Below the pieces are notes generated by a model. The model saw only the letters and a program-made list of their open reading frames with translations, did no database searches and was not told where the DNA came from. From Nemertoderma westbladi (taxonomy: Eukaryota > Animalia > Xenacoelomorpha): a stretch of 39,827 nt of DNA. Position numbers and translations under genes: made by a program. The stretch spans positions 1-39,827 of the forward strand of contig JAUCBJ010003636.1 of the NCBI GenBank assembly GCA_032718475.1, in the 5' to 3' direction. The number at the start of each line of letters is the position of its first letter. Position 1 is the stretch's first letter. This document shows, piece after piece, positions 10,370 through 20,992 of the stretch.

Positions 10370-11228
10370 AAAGCGCGCCACACGCGTCCTGGTTAAACGA
10401 AAATCGCGCCAGCCATGATATCTAATGCGCGCCAAGCCAACAACTGACTATGAAATTTTGCAGTAATTGCTTAATTGTAATAATTTCTGAATTTATCAGT
10501 TTATAATGCTGTAGCCCTACAGTAGGCTATTTTAACATTAACATGCGAGCGTAGCGAGCAAGGAAATTTTCCAATTATGTTAACATAAATACAGTCTGAC
10601 AGTAATAGTCAGATAGTGCTGTAGTTGTAGTACAGTAGTAGTAGCAGTAGGTCAACGTCAACTGACTGTTTTTAAATGCAGATGTGATCAAATGCGAGCG
10701 TAGCGAGCACGAAAATTTTAACATTTCAGCATTTAAAGTAGGCAAACCGACTGTTTTCAAATGCAGATGTCATTAAGTTGCGAGCTGGCGAGCGTAGCGA
10801 GCACGGAAATTCTGCTGAATCATGCAGGCTGTCATGGTTTTATTGGTTTGAAGAATCTGACAATTGAAAAACTTTTGAAACAAGTCATGTTTTTAATGGT
10901 CATGCTCAATCTGTCCGTTTCCATTTGTCCACAGCCAAACAGTATGAAGAGTAGGCTTACAGTATAAACGCGAGCGAAGCGAGCGGACATTTTTCAATCT
11001 TTTTAAACCTATGGAATAATTACAAATAGACTGATAGAGCTGTAGAGTGGGATGTGTTGCCAGTGCACTGCTACGCTACCTCCTACTGTCCTAACCTAAC
11101 CCTACATCCATATTCGCGCCAGGATCCCCAATGCGCGCCACACGCCCCTGTCACTACGCGCCAGGATCCTTAATCCGCGCCACACGCCCCTGTCACTACG
11201 CGCCAGGATCCTTAATCCGCGCCACACA
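10370..11228. repeat. Repeat-derived segment with GCGAGCG(T/A)AGCGAGC motifs, CCTAAC run and 42-bp tandem units (possible HINE/Helentron relic)
   Basis: GCGAGCG(T/A)AGCGAGC at ~10545, 10693, 10788 and 10970; CCTAACCTAACCCT at ~11090; CGCGCCAGGATCCTTAATCCGCGCCACACGCCCCTGTCACTA x~2.5 at 11116-11228. Confidence 0.45.
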
Positions 11229-11719
11229 TGTTGAGCAAACTCTACATAAATTCCAACCTGGCCCTGGCTAGGCTTACTTAAACTTTTTCGGCAGTTTACT
11301 GGTTTAGAGTAGGTACCGGTACTGAGGTAGCACACGCATGACACCAGACACGTGCTGACGCGTACAGCCACACAGCCGTAGTTGGTAGTGGCGTGGCGAC
11401 ATAAACCATATTTCAGTATTTACAACTTTCATGTAAAAAAAATATTGGACTGGACCCGGTCGTCGGTAGGCTAACTGGTGCACTACCGTACTGGTAGAGT
11501 GATGCTGCAGTGCTGGCAACTGAGGCACTGTCCAGCTGTCCAGTCCACTGCCACTCACATTATTCAGTTATTCCCTATTCAGCTATTTGCTGGACTGTTT
11601 GGTGGACTGCGCCGAGCGCAACCCGCAGCATCTCTATCATTATGTTGTGTAGGCCTAACTGTCTAAGCTGCTAAGGCAGGTAAGGGCATAAGGGATTATT
11701 TCGGTAATTGTGAAAGTAA

Positions 11720-13860
11720 TTATATATCTGTATGTATGCTTGGGCTTGCTTACTAGGATCGGCATGCTGCATTGCAGCTGCATTTTTAAGAATGCTGTGC
11801 CGGCTTGTCAACAAAATTGCACCGCCACAACTCCCTATCACCCATGACATTTGCTAGATCATCCGCATCTTTAAGGCCAGTGTCCTTTAAGATGCGTCTC
11901 AAGAAAGTCATGGGCTGTCCACCATGCTTATTCACTCCATGAGGCTGCCAAAGTACAAGATTATGCACTGGCTGGTCCTCACGGCGAAAGCAATGTCCTG
12001 CAAAGCGGAGGCGATTTTGTTCTAGTGTCAAGCTTGGGGGAACCAATGAGACACCTCCAATGTTATATAGTGTCTGGTTGGAGATGTGTGCATTGTACTT
12101 GACACAATGTACCCGGCGTAGCATTCTTGTGAATGTGCCATCCAGAGATTTGGTGTCCTCAGCAGTTAGAGCCCAGCATGGACTCCCGTAGAGGAGTACT
12201 GGAACTACTGCTGCTCTAAATAATCGGACCTTAAGTTTCCGATTAATTCTAGGTGACTTCCAAATCCTGGAAAGCCTATTCAAGGCTGCCCATGCCTTTC
12301 CCTTACGTATTCGAAGGTCCTCACCTGACTTCCGGATCCATGATCCCAGGTAACAGAAGTCGTCCACATGCTCAAGCATACCATCCTTTGAGCTTATGCT
12401 CATCCGATCAGAGACTTGCTGAGGACTTTCAAAGTTAACTGTCAGAATTTTGGTCTTTCTGGAGTTAATAAAAAGACCAACACTAGAAGCAGCATGTTCT
12501 AATGAGCTGAGGAGCCGCTGGGCTCCCTCTAATGATTCTGAGAGTACTCCTAAGTCATCAGCAAAGTCTAGATCAGTTAGGTACTTGGCTGGATTTCCTC
12601 GACTTCTGGAGCCAGTAGGTGGAGTTATCATCACCCCATCATCATTATGATGATCTAAGGACATCCGTAGAACATAGTCAACCACAATAATGAACAAGAA
12701 TGGTGCAAGTGTGTCTCCTTGGAGGACGCCCCATAACACTTCAAATGGTTCTGTGTCACCGTCAACAGTAGACACAAATGTTGTCGAACCATCGTATACT
12801 GATCTGATTGCTGCAATAATTTCATCAGGAATCCCATATAATGAAAGTATGCTGAACATACGTGAGCGAGAGACTGAATCAAAGGCCTTGAAGAAGTCAA
12901 CAAAGATAACAGCCAGATGCCTATCTTTCTTTTTTGATAACTCTTCAATTATCCTTCTAAGTGCCAAAATGGGCTCCATGGTCCCACGACCTTTACGGAA
13001 CCCATTCTGATTTCCACGTAGCAGTCTCTCAATGGGATCCCTGATGCGATTTAATAGAATTCTATTGTATAGTTTTGCAGCAATCGAGATCAATGAGATT
13101 CCCCGAAAAGAACCATAGAGTGTTAGGTTGCCCTTCTTGGGAACTGGCACCAACTTATTTGTTTTCATTTCTTGTGGGACTCTTGTTGTACGGTACATGT
13201 CTACTATGATGGGATAGATGAGCTTTAAACACTCAGGTATTTTAAAGACCTCAGGGGGAACACCATCTACTCCACTGGCACGATTGGTCTTAATGCTCTT
13301 TGCAGCAGCCTTCACTTCTGCAAAGGAAATATCGCCAATGGGAATATCTGGGAGTACAGACTCAGACACTTTTACTTCTATAAAGTTATCAGGCAATACC
13401 CTGTCATTATTGAGGAGCTTTTCAAAGTGGGCTTTCCAACCATTGAGGCGATCGGCTGGTGATTCAGCCTTAACCTTGGTGGTTGGTTGGCTTTTCCGCC
13501 CAGTAAGCAGATTGATCGATTTCCATGCCTGGGATGATTGCCTGCTGTCGTCAGCATCATTGATGGCATCAACCTGTTGGTTTATTAGCTCCTGTAGATT
13601 AACAGAGTACTGCCTGTTCAGGGACCTAGATGCAGCTTTAACTGCATTCTTGGCCACTGTAGTCTGTTTGAGTCGGGACTCTTTCTGCGCCGTATGAAGG
13701 TCATTTCGGCACTTCTGAATTTTGTTGTCAGTCCAGGGGGCCCTTTTCCTATTGCGAGGGTATACAGGAACTGTTTCTGCAGCTGCTAACTTAACTGCTT
13801 CTGTAAAGGCAGTATAGCCCTCACAGTGATCTGCTGCAAGGGCGAGGCGCAGCGCATCCC
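11720..13860 (-). mobile_element. 5'-truncated non-LTR retrotransposon (RTE-like LINE)
   Basis: RT ORF with no APE endonuclease; frame open to a TGA at 13865-13867; short 3' UTR ending CATACATACAGATATATA; no TSD identified; ends approximate. Confidence 0.88.
11786..13657 (-). CDS. LINE reverse transcriptase (partial ORF, endonuclease missing)
   Basis: Motifs ASGVDGVP, LVPVPKKG, FRGISL, QNGFRKGRGT, FVDFFKAFDSV, GVLQGDTLAPFLF, catalytic FADD, FCYLGS and C-terminal DRELWR. The track start is GTG; the first ATG is at 13198. Confidence 0.9.
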   Translation of the reverse strand: MAKNAVKAASRSLNRQYSVNLQELINQQVDAINDADDSRQSSQAWKSINLLTGRKSQPTTKVKAESPADRLNGWKAHFEKLLNNDRVLPDNFIEVKVSESVLPDIPIGDISFAEVKAAAKSIKTNRASGVDGVPPEVFKIPECLKLIYPIIVDMYRTTRVPQEMKTNKLVPVPKKGNLTLYGSFRGISLISIAAKLYNRILLNRIRDPIERLLRGNQNGFRKGRGTMEPILALRRIIEELSKKKDRHLAVIFVDFFKAFDSVSRSRMFSILSLYGIPDEIIAAIRSVYDGSTTFVSTVDGDTEPFEVLWGVLQGDTLAPFLFIIVVDYVLRMSLDHHNDDGVMITPPTGSRSRGNPAKYLTDLDFADDLGVLSESLEGAQRLLSSLEHAASSVGLFINSRKTKILTVNFESPQQVSDRMSISSKDGMLEHVDDFCYLGSWIRKSGEDLRIRKGKAWAALNRLSRIWKSPRINRKLKVRLFRAAVVPVLLYGSPCWALTAEDTKSLDGTFTRMLRRVHCVKYNAHISNQTLYNIGGVSLVPPSLTLEQNRLRFAGHCFRREDQPVHNLVLWQPHGVNKHGGQPMTFLRRILKDTGLKDADDLANVMGDRELWRCNFVDKPAQHS

Positions 13861-14120
13861 TTTGTCACTTTGTACTTCCAGACTTCCGTTGTTCCGCTGT
13901 TCCGTCCGTACTTGTCAGCTTGTAGTTGTAGGTAGCCTGTTGCGCTGTAGGCAGGTAGGGTTGGCCCTAGACTTCCTAAGCTTATTATGCACCTGTTCAC
14001 TGTTTGTTCTGTCAATAATCGATAAACCGGTGCCGGTAATTATAAATTACAGAAGAGAAACCGGGCTGCCGGGTCGGCGCACAGGGATATCATCACTGAC
14101 TTTTAAGTTTTAATTCCACT

Positions 14121-17100
14121 ATGATACATCTATTAGAACGACTTTATACAGGTTATAAAGTCCTTTCCGGATCGACAGATTTTGTAGAGGAACCTGTTGA
14201 GTCAGCCGCGAAACCCGATGTCTCGCAACACAATATCAAGGATCTCGTTGGCATAGTAACGGCAACCTATCCTAACTACGGCATCATCGACGACCATATC
14301 TACTTCGACAGCAGCGCGTGCACCGGTCTCCAGGCGCCCGCCACTGGCGACAGAGTCAACGTGCGAGCTCATCGGGTACGAGACACTGGGAACTGGGACG
14401 CAGTGAGGGTCACCGAGGTCCACGATACATGGGATAATGACAATGAGGTCAATGTGGATGTGTCGAATGACGATGTCGATAGCCACGAACATTCCATATG
14501 TGGGAGGATCACTAGCACCTTCGAAAACATTTACTACATAAACAATTCTGAGATATTCAACACGGACCGTGTCCAACTACCCTCGAGGTACCATCCCGAA
14601 CCCGGGGACTGGGTTAAGGCGTATTACAGTCTCAACACAAACATAAATGACGATCAAGACGATTTCGATGGAACTTTTAATTCAGTGCAATATATTTCGA
14701 AAGTAGAACCTCTTCGGCAGAAATCCTTGCTAGGGATTATAAAGCGACTGCCACGTAGTAGCAAAGAGTTCGGTTTTATTAAACACTCGACGTGCAATAT
14801 TTCCTTTAAAGGAGATTCAATTGACGGAACTCTGAAGAAGTGCGATAAAGTTGTAGCGGAATGTGTGGAGTCCACTTGGGACGATATAAACTGGAGGGCG
14901 ATTGGGGTGAAGGCGAGAAGTGCCCCTGTTGCAGGCGTCAGACAATCCATGTTGGATACCGATAGCGCAACCGAAGTCGTTATAAACCCCACGCCGTTTG
15001 ACTTCGGTTCCGTATCAGTCGGATCCAATTCCTTTATCGAGGCGACTATAAGCACGGAGCTTAGCAACCGGTTGTTTACCTTAGAGACAGTGACCATACC
15101 GGTTAGCAACAAATGTGAATGTCCCTTCTCTATCGTAGAGGGTTCAGCTGATCTCAATGGGGAGTATATATCGTGTGGGAAGGAAGCAACCTTCACGATT
15201 AAATGCGAACCTACAACGGTAGGAAGGTTCAGCCATCTCGTCGTTATCAACATTAAGGAGTGCGATGTGATAGCGAGGCTAGTGGACGTTGTTGTTAACG
15301 AGGTAGGTGGGGAGGACCTCCAACAACGGGTAGCGACTCGTCGTCCAACCAGTTCCCGTTGGAGGAAACCCAATGGGTTGGCCAACGGATGCGTCATCCC
15401 GGGGGTAGCCCCGGTCTACGGCGATGGGGACATGAAGTACCTCAACCCGCCCGTAAAGATTGGGAGTTTCCCTGTCCCGCGGTCCCTGCGGGACATGTTG
15501 GGGGGCCGTAGGAGTAGGTACGTCGGGACCGAGGAGGTGGTGCGAGTCGTCCCTCAGCTCGCATCAAGACTCAACCTCGTCTCCTACCAGACCTACTATG
15601 CCTCCCTCCTCTATCTGGAGGAGCTAGCCATGGAGGAGAGCATGTACGCGTACGATATCACAGAGACTCGGATGCAATACGAAGGAGAGTTCCTTGGGTT
15701 GAAGGTAGAAGGATTGAATGAAGGTCGCCCTTCTCTTATTATAGGAGATACAATAATAGCGACGCCGGTTTGTCCGCCATCATCCAACCAGTACCTCGGA
15801 TACATCCACGCGATCCTCAGGGACGTCGTACACATCCGCTTCCACCCCGACTTCCATCTCGCCTACAAGGAGTCCGACACGGTCGACATCGAGTTTGGGT
15901 TCTCTCGGGCCACCCTCCGACGCTGCCACACCGCTGTAACCCACGCCAAGGCTCTCGGTACCGCGGTCCTCTTCCCCAACAGCGTCACCGTTAAACTGCC
16001 CCAGACTTGCGCCGGAGCAGCCGGTTCCCGTGCGGCGTTGTCTACTGCTAGAGGCGCTAGATTCTACCCGGGGAACATCCGGTGTCGCCAACTATTTGTA
16101 ACTCCTATAGTTGGTGGAACAGAAACCGCTGTGAGTAAGGGTCGGTCATGCTCGAACACCGCTCCCTCCCTCCATAAAGGCCTCACAGTCACCCAGACAG
16201 CCCCCTCAGCCCCCCGCCAGCCTCTAGTATTCCTCCGTAAACAGAAGGAAGGTTGCCACGCGACCTCGGTCTCCCACGTTCCCACCTCCCTGGTAGCCAC
16301 GGTCGCCGATTGGGGCGAGACCTCTGAGATCCGCCTGTTCAACCCAGCCCTCAACCCCCGACAGGTGTCGGCGGTGCGGCGCATCCTGTCGGGGCTGTGT
16401 CGGCCATCGCCGTACCTCATTTATGGGCCCCCCGGGACCGGGAAGACGGTGACCGTGGTCGAGGCCATCCTGCAGCTGTTTGTGGCGATCCCGTCCAGTC
16501 GGATCCTCGTCTGCGCCCCGTCCAACAGCGCGTCGGACCTGCTGTGTGAGCTGCTGGGGGCGAGCCGTGCGGTCGGCCCAGCCGATATGGTGCGGCTCAA
16601 CGCGTACAACCGCTCTAGCGACCCGCCCGAGTCGGTGCTGCGTTTCTGCGCCGACAGACAGGAGATGGAGTCGGTCGCTCGTTACCGGATCATCGTGGCG
16701 ACGTGCGCGGCCGTCGGTGCCTTCTACACCCTCGGTCTCCCGCGGGGACACATAACCCACGTGGTGATAGACGAGGCGGGGCAGACGGACGAGCCGACTG
16801 CACTGATACCCATCGCGCTGCTAGGGGGCGCACCCGAGGCTCAGGTCGTCCTGGCGGGCGACCCCAAACAGCTGGGGCCCGTGGTGCAGAGCGAGTTAGC
16901 CCAGACTCTCGGGCTGGGCTCATCCTTGCTTGAACGACTCGCTAACTCGCCTCTCTACGCTCGCGACCCCCATCGCTACGCCAACCACGGCGCCTACAAC
17001 CCCCTCACCGTAACCAAACTCATAAACAACTACAGATCGCACCCCTTCCTACTGCGACTGCCTTCCTCTCTGTTCTACGACGGTGAGTTGGTGCCGTGCG

Positions 17101-17657
17101 CCGACGCCTCTACGGTGGGGGGTCTGGCGGACTGGGCGGGGTGGAAGACCCCCGGGCGACCGCTGCTGTTCCACGGGATCCGCGGGCGGGAGCTGCGGGA
17201 CCCCAACAGCCCCTCGTGGTTCAACGCGCACGAGAGCTGGAAGGTCTTCGGATACGTCCAACAGATCCTCGGGGTAACCCAGCTCGAGCCGCAACAGATC
17301 GGGGTGATAACCCCCTACCGGAAGCAGGTCGAGAAGATCCGCGATCTGTTGGCGACGCAGGGGGATCTGGGGGAGGTGAAAGTCGGTTCGGTCGAGGAGT
17401 TCCAGGGACAGGAGAGGAAGCTTATCATCATTAGTACCGTGCGATCGGTACGGGAGGACGGTTCGTGGGAGAGCGAGCAACGGCTGGGGTTCGTGGCCAA
17501 CCCTAAGCGGTTCAACGTGGCGGTGACCCGGGCTCAGGCTGGGCTCATTGTGGTCGCTGATCCCTGGGTGGTCGCCACCGACCCGCACTGGCTGGCCTTG
17601 CTGCGCTACTCCGTGGATAACGGGTGCTACAAGGGGTGCGATCTGTGGGAGTTCTAG
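14121..17657 (+). CDS. MOV10L1: MOV10-like 1 / Armitage-type UPF1-family SF1 RNA helicase (piRNA biogenesis); single exon
   Basis: 1178 aa; N-terminal OB/S1-like repeats (GIVT..YGIIDDHIYF..GDRV..WDAVRV) typical of MOV10L1/Armi; EGRPSLIIGD; GPPGTGKT, DEAGQ, GDPKQLGP, NYRSH, VITPYRKQV, GSVEEFQGQE and NPKRFNVAVTRA. Confidence 0.9.
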   Translation: MIHLLERLYTGYKVLSGSTDFVEEPVESAAKPDVSQHNIKDLVGIVTATYPNYGIIDDHIYFDSSACTGLQAPATGDRVNVRAHRVRDTGNWDAVRVTEVHDTWDNDNEVNVDVSNDDVDSHEHSICGRITSTFENIYYINNSEIFNTDRVQLPSRYHPEPGDWVKAYYSLNTNINDDQDDFDGTFNSVQYISKVEPLRQKSLLGIIKRLPRSSKEFGFIKHSTCNISFKGDSIDGTLKKCDKVVAECVESTWDDINWRAIGVKARSAPVAGVRQSMLDTDSATEVVINPTPFDFGSVSVGSNSFIEATISTELSNRLFTLETVTIPVSNKCECPFSIVEGSADLNGEYISCGKEATFTIKCEPTTVGRFSHLVVINIKECDVIARLVDVVVNEVGGEDLQQRVATRRPTSSRWRKPNGLANGCVIPGVAPVYGDGDMKYLNPPVKIGSFPVPRSLRDMLGGRRSRYVGTEEVVRVVPQLASRLNLVSYQTYYASLLYLEELAMEESMYAYDITETRMQYEGEFLGLKVEGLNEGRPSLIIGDTIIATPVCPPSSNQYLGYIHAILRDVVHIRFHPDFHLAYKESDTVDIEFGFSRATLRRCHTAVTHAKALGTAVLFPNSVTVKLPQTCAGAAGSRAALSTARGARFYPGNIRCRQLFVTPIVGGTETAVSKGRSCSNTAPSLHKGLTVTQTAPSAPRQPLVFLRKQKEGCHATSVSHVPTSLVATVADWGETSEIRLFNPALNPRQVSAVRRILSGLCRPSPYLIYGPPGTGKTVTVVEAILQLFVAIPSSRILVCAPSNSASDLLCELLGASRAVGPADMVRLNAYNRSSDPPESVLRFCADRQEMESVARYRIIVATCAAVGAFYTLGLPRGHITHVVIDEAGQTDEPTALIPIALLGGAPEAQVVLAGDPKQLGPVVQSELAQTLGLGSSLLERLANSPLYARDPHRYANHGAYNPLTVTKLINNYRSHPFLLRLPSSLFYDGELVPCADASTVGGLADWAGWKTPGRPLLFHGIRGRELRDPNSPSWFNAHESWKVFGYVQQILGVTQLEPQQIGVITPYRKQVEKIRDLLATQGDLGEVKVGSVEEFQGQERKLIIISTVRSVREDGSWESEQRLGFVANPKRFNVAVTRAQAGLIVVADPWVVATDPHWLALLRYSVDNGCYKGCDLWEF

Positions 17658-18179
17658 AGAGCTCGAGTAGGACTGACCTGACCATATGGGGGGGTAGGTA
17701 CAATACATACAGTCCGTTGTATATCTGTTTATATTTTATATCCAGCCTCAGTGTTTACATTTACATTATTAGCGTAGCATAACCTCGCTGTTAGCTTGTT
17801 AACTTGTTTGTTTGTTTATTCGTTTTTACAAATATTGCCTTCAGTGCCTCCCAAAGTGCAGCCAGTGTTTTTTTTTCCTAATTTTTATTTCACTTGTAGC
17901 TTTATATCATAAAATCAATGTAATTAAACGTCGTTCACAGTTTTTTTTATAATTATTTGTTTCTTACATATTCCGGAATTGAGTTGTGCCAGTTCCCGGG
18001 GGGGATAATTAGTCATTGAGGTTATAATAATACATTGGGGCAACCAATTGGGTTCTGTGTTAGTGTTTAAACATGTTCAGGATTTCCGGGATCGGGACCG
18101 GGATTATCACTCTCGGGATCCCGTTTTTCGGGATCGGGATTGCAATTTTGGATTAAATTCCTTTAAGTTATTTAGTATA

Positions 18180-20156
18180 CGGGTCGTTCTCACAAAAAGT
18201 GGCCAAACTTTTATGTCAAAATGTCCATGCATTCGCACGGTTATATTTCCAAACGACACAGTTTTAACCCCATGAACCTATATACCAATCGGAAGAGCGG
18301 AAATCTGCTCATATTTCAGCAAATTTTCAACAGATTCCATTCACAACCTAGAGAATGACACCATCTCAAATATCGAAAATGCATGTTTTTTGAAATGTCA
18401 CATTGAATTATTTTGAAATATTTGGCTTCTGAGCTAAAGTAATGAAAGCAAAGGTTCAACATACCATACATCAAAATAAAGCAAATTGAATGCTCTTTCA
18501 CATACTATTGGTGGTTTTCAACCGAAGCTACTCACATTTTATATATTTACTATTTACTAACAATTAATTACGCCGTCACTAGGATTTTGTCCACCATGTA
18601 ACGCTCGTTTTTATGACATGGTTTTTTTATATTTGTTCACAACATCTCCAAGTGAGATATTTCTAAACGGCGATTTATTTAGCTATCAGCAGGTAAAAAA
18701 ATTATAAGAATTCGTTCATTAGAACTCGAGGGTTGTGCGAAAACGTAAATCTACATAAAATACCGTCATTAGGAATGTCCTCAATGTAACGCTACTTTGA
18801 ATAGCGATAACTTTTGCTTTACTAATCATATCGACACCATTGCGGGCTCATATGAAAGAGCAATCGCAGATCTATCGAATCACAAATTTGATTTTAATAT
18901 AGTTTCAAAACATACTATAGTCAACGCCATGCTAATGAAAAATGTCTTCAATGTCCATCATGTAACGCATGTAACGCTGTCACAATGAATAGCGTTACAC
19001 TTGAGACATGTCCATCATGTAACGTAGTTGGGCCTGAACATACCTAGCAGTACGAGTGGCGTTTCTTTTTACAAATTAAGGCAGTCAGGGTCAAATTAAC
19101 AATAGTCGATGGTTTCTGTATTACAGTATTTAGTATAAACTACTTTAGTAGTCTCATGAGTTTGTTTACCTTTCTTTATTTCGGTTCTAAAACAGTACTT
19201 CTTAATCGTCATGCAATTACAATTGTCAAACGGAATTAAGCGTGTTGTGTCTGGTAAGAACTTCTCGATTGAATTTAGTGATGGTGTTACACGTGAAGGA
19301 CATAGATATTAAGTTAGTGATGGCGTTACACGTGAAGGACTTAGAGATTAAGTTAGTGATGGCGTTACACGTGAAGGACTTAGTTACACGTGAAGGACTT
19401 AGAGATTAAGTTAGCGATGGCGTTACACGTGAAGGACTTAGAGATTAAGTTAGTGATGGCGTTACACGTGAAGGACTAGTTACACGTGAAGGACATAGAG
19501 ATTAAGTTAGTGATGGGATGGCGTTACACGTGAAGGACTTAGAGATTAAGTTAGCGATGGCGTTACACGTGAAGGACTTAGTTACACGTGAAGGACTTAG
19601 AGATTACGTTAGTTATGGTTTTAAGGACTCCGTTAACTATTTTGTACAATTAGTGTTACAATAGTATGTATATTCATATTGTATGTATACAATAATACAA
19701 ACTAAATAATTTGCTGATTTGAAAAATATTATTTTCAGCCATTGGGTCGATAAATAAATCCGTAAAAAACCCGTATAAATATAAAATAAATCCGTACATG
19801 ACATTAAAGTGACTGTTGAATTTCTGGTATATATTTTAAATGTCAAATCCTGGATACTGATTGGCTAACAAGTAGCGTTACATTCGAGACAACGAGTTAG
19901 ATTGTGGGCGTTTTGTGAAATGAAGGCTTCTGATTGGCTAACAAGTAGCGTTACACCAAGGACAAAATGTTACATTGTGGACATTAGTTTTTCGCGAATA
20001 AAACCTTACGACTTTACTAAATAAACGGCCCACTAGTGTATTCGAAATCGCCTCATCGAGAGCTCTCGAAATATGTATATATTTATATGGTTTTGACAAA
20101 AAAAAATTTGACAATTTTTTCTCAAAATTTTGGCCACTTTTTGTGAGAACAACCCA
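18180..20156. mobile_element. Non-autonomous Tc1/mariner-type element (TA TSD)
   Basis: TA|CGGGTCGTTCTCACAAAAAGTGGCCAAA ... TTTGGCCACTTTTTGTGAGAACAACCCA|TA. Confidence 0.82.
19275..19615. repeat. 39/19-bp minisatellite with ~10 CACGTG motifs
   Basis: Unit AGTTAGTGATGGCGTTACACGTGAAGGACTTAGAGATTA interspersed with the sub-unit GTTACACGTGAAGGACTTA. Confidence 0.92.
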
Positions 20157-20158
20157 TA

Positions 20159-20788
20159 CCTTGTTTCTTCGAAAAAGAGCGTGGGCGTTTAAGTTGATAA
20201 ATGGCCAATTGGGGAGCCGTTTATTCGGGGAAGGCGTTTATTCGGGGAAGGCGTTTATTCGGGGAAGGCGTTTATTCGGGGAAGGCGTTTATTCGGGGAA
20301 GGCGTTTATTCGGGGAAGGCGTTTATTCGGGGAAGGCGTTTATTCGGGGAAGGCGTTTATTCGGGGAAGGCGTTTATTCGAGGAGGGCGTTTATTCGGGG
20401 AAGGCGTTTATTCGGGGAAGGCGTTTATTCGGGGAAGGCGTTTATTCGGGGAAGCCGTTTATTCGAGGAGGGCGTTTAAGTTCCAAATTGTCTGGTTCGA
20501 GTGGGGGCGTTTATGTTTATGTTCTAGATTTTCAGCATTTTGAATCTAAATACCCTAATAAAGGATGTTGTTAATTTAAACAAGAAACAAGTTCAATCAG
20601 GTTTATTACATGCAGCCTATTACAGCGGTACAACCCCACTCATTTACCTTCACTCTTAACAATCAGTGAACGCTCAACAATGTTAACGCCCACATTGTAA
20701 TATTATTAAACGCCGGGGCGTTTATTCGGGGAAGGCGTTTAAGTTGCTAATTTGATGGTAAGGGGGGCTCTTATTCGAAGAAATACGG
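20159..20788. mobile_element. pogo/Tigger-like MITE containing a 17-bp tandem array
   Basis: TA|CCTTGTTTCTTCGAAAAAGAGC ... GCTCTTATTCGAAGAAATACGG|TA; internal GCGTTTATTCGGGGAAG x~15 at ~20217-20478. Confidence 0.8.
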
Positions 20789-20992
20789 TATGTGACTGGT
20801 TTTTGGTAACACTAACTTTCTCTTACACTTCTGAAATATTAGTACGATAAATTATCAGATATTCAACAAATTTACTTCACTATTTATACTTCGGGATCCC
20901 GGTACAAAAATATTAGAATCAGGATTTTCGCGGGGATCCCTGTTTTTCGGGATCGGGGGATCCCTTATAAACAATATCTGTGTAAGACTTAC

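Larger units (their letters stand above)
18061..20976. mobile_element. hAT-like MITE interrupted by two TA-targeting elements
   Basis: Termini TAGTGTTTAAA / TTATAAACAATA; subterminal GGGATC(CCG) motifs at 18088-18140 and 20893-20964; identical flanks TCTGTGT at 18054-18060 and 20977-20983. Confidence 0.75.

Noticed and set aside
11786-13657. Retron, group II intron, DGR or telomerase RT
   Set aside because: The motifs (QNGFR, QGDTLAP, FADD, YLGS, DR..WR) and short tail fit a non-LTR RTE-like element.
12253-13697. Short ORFs overlapping the RT
   Set aside because: Antisense or alternate-frame shadows of the LINE ORF.
11690-13870. Target-site duplication around the LINE
   Set aside because: Only weak similarity between the flanks (e.g. 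AGGCAGGTA at ~11674 and ~13949); no convincing duplicated target.
14202-17708. ORFs overlapping MOV10L1
   Set aside because: Shadow ORFs of the GC-rich CDS with no recognisable domains.
20143-20574. 143-aa and 92-aa repeat ORFs
   Set aside because: Translations of a 17-bp array inside a MITE.
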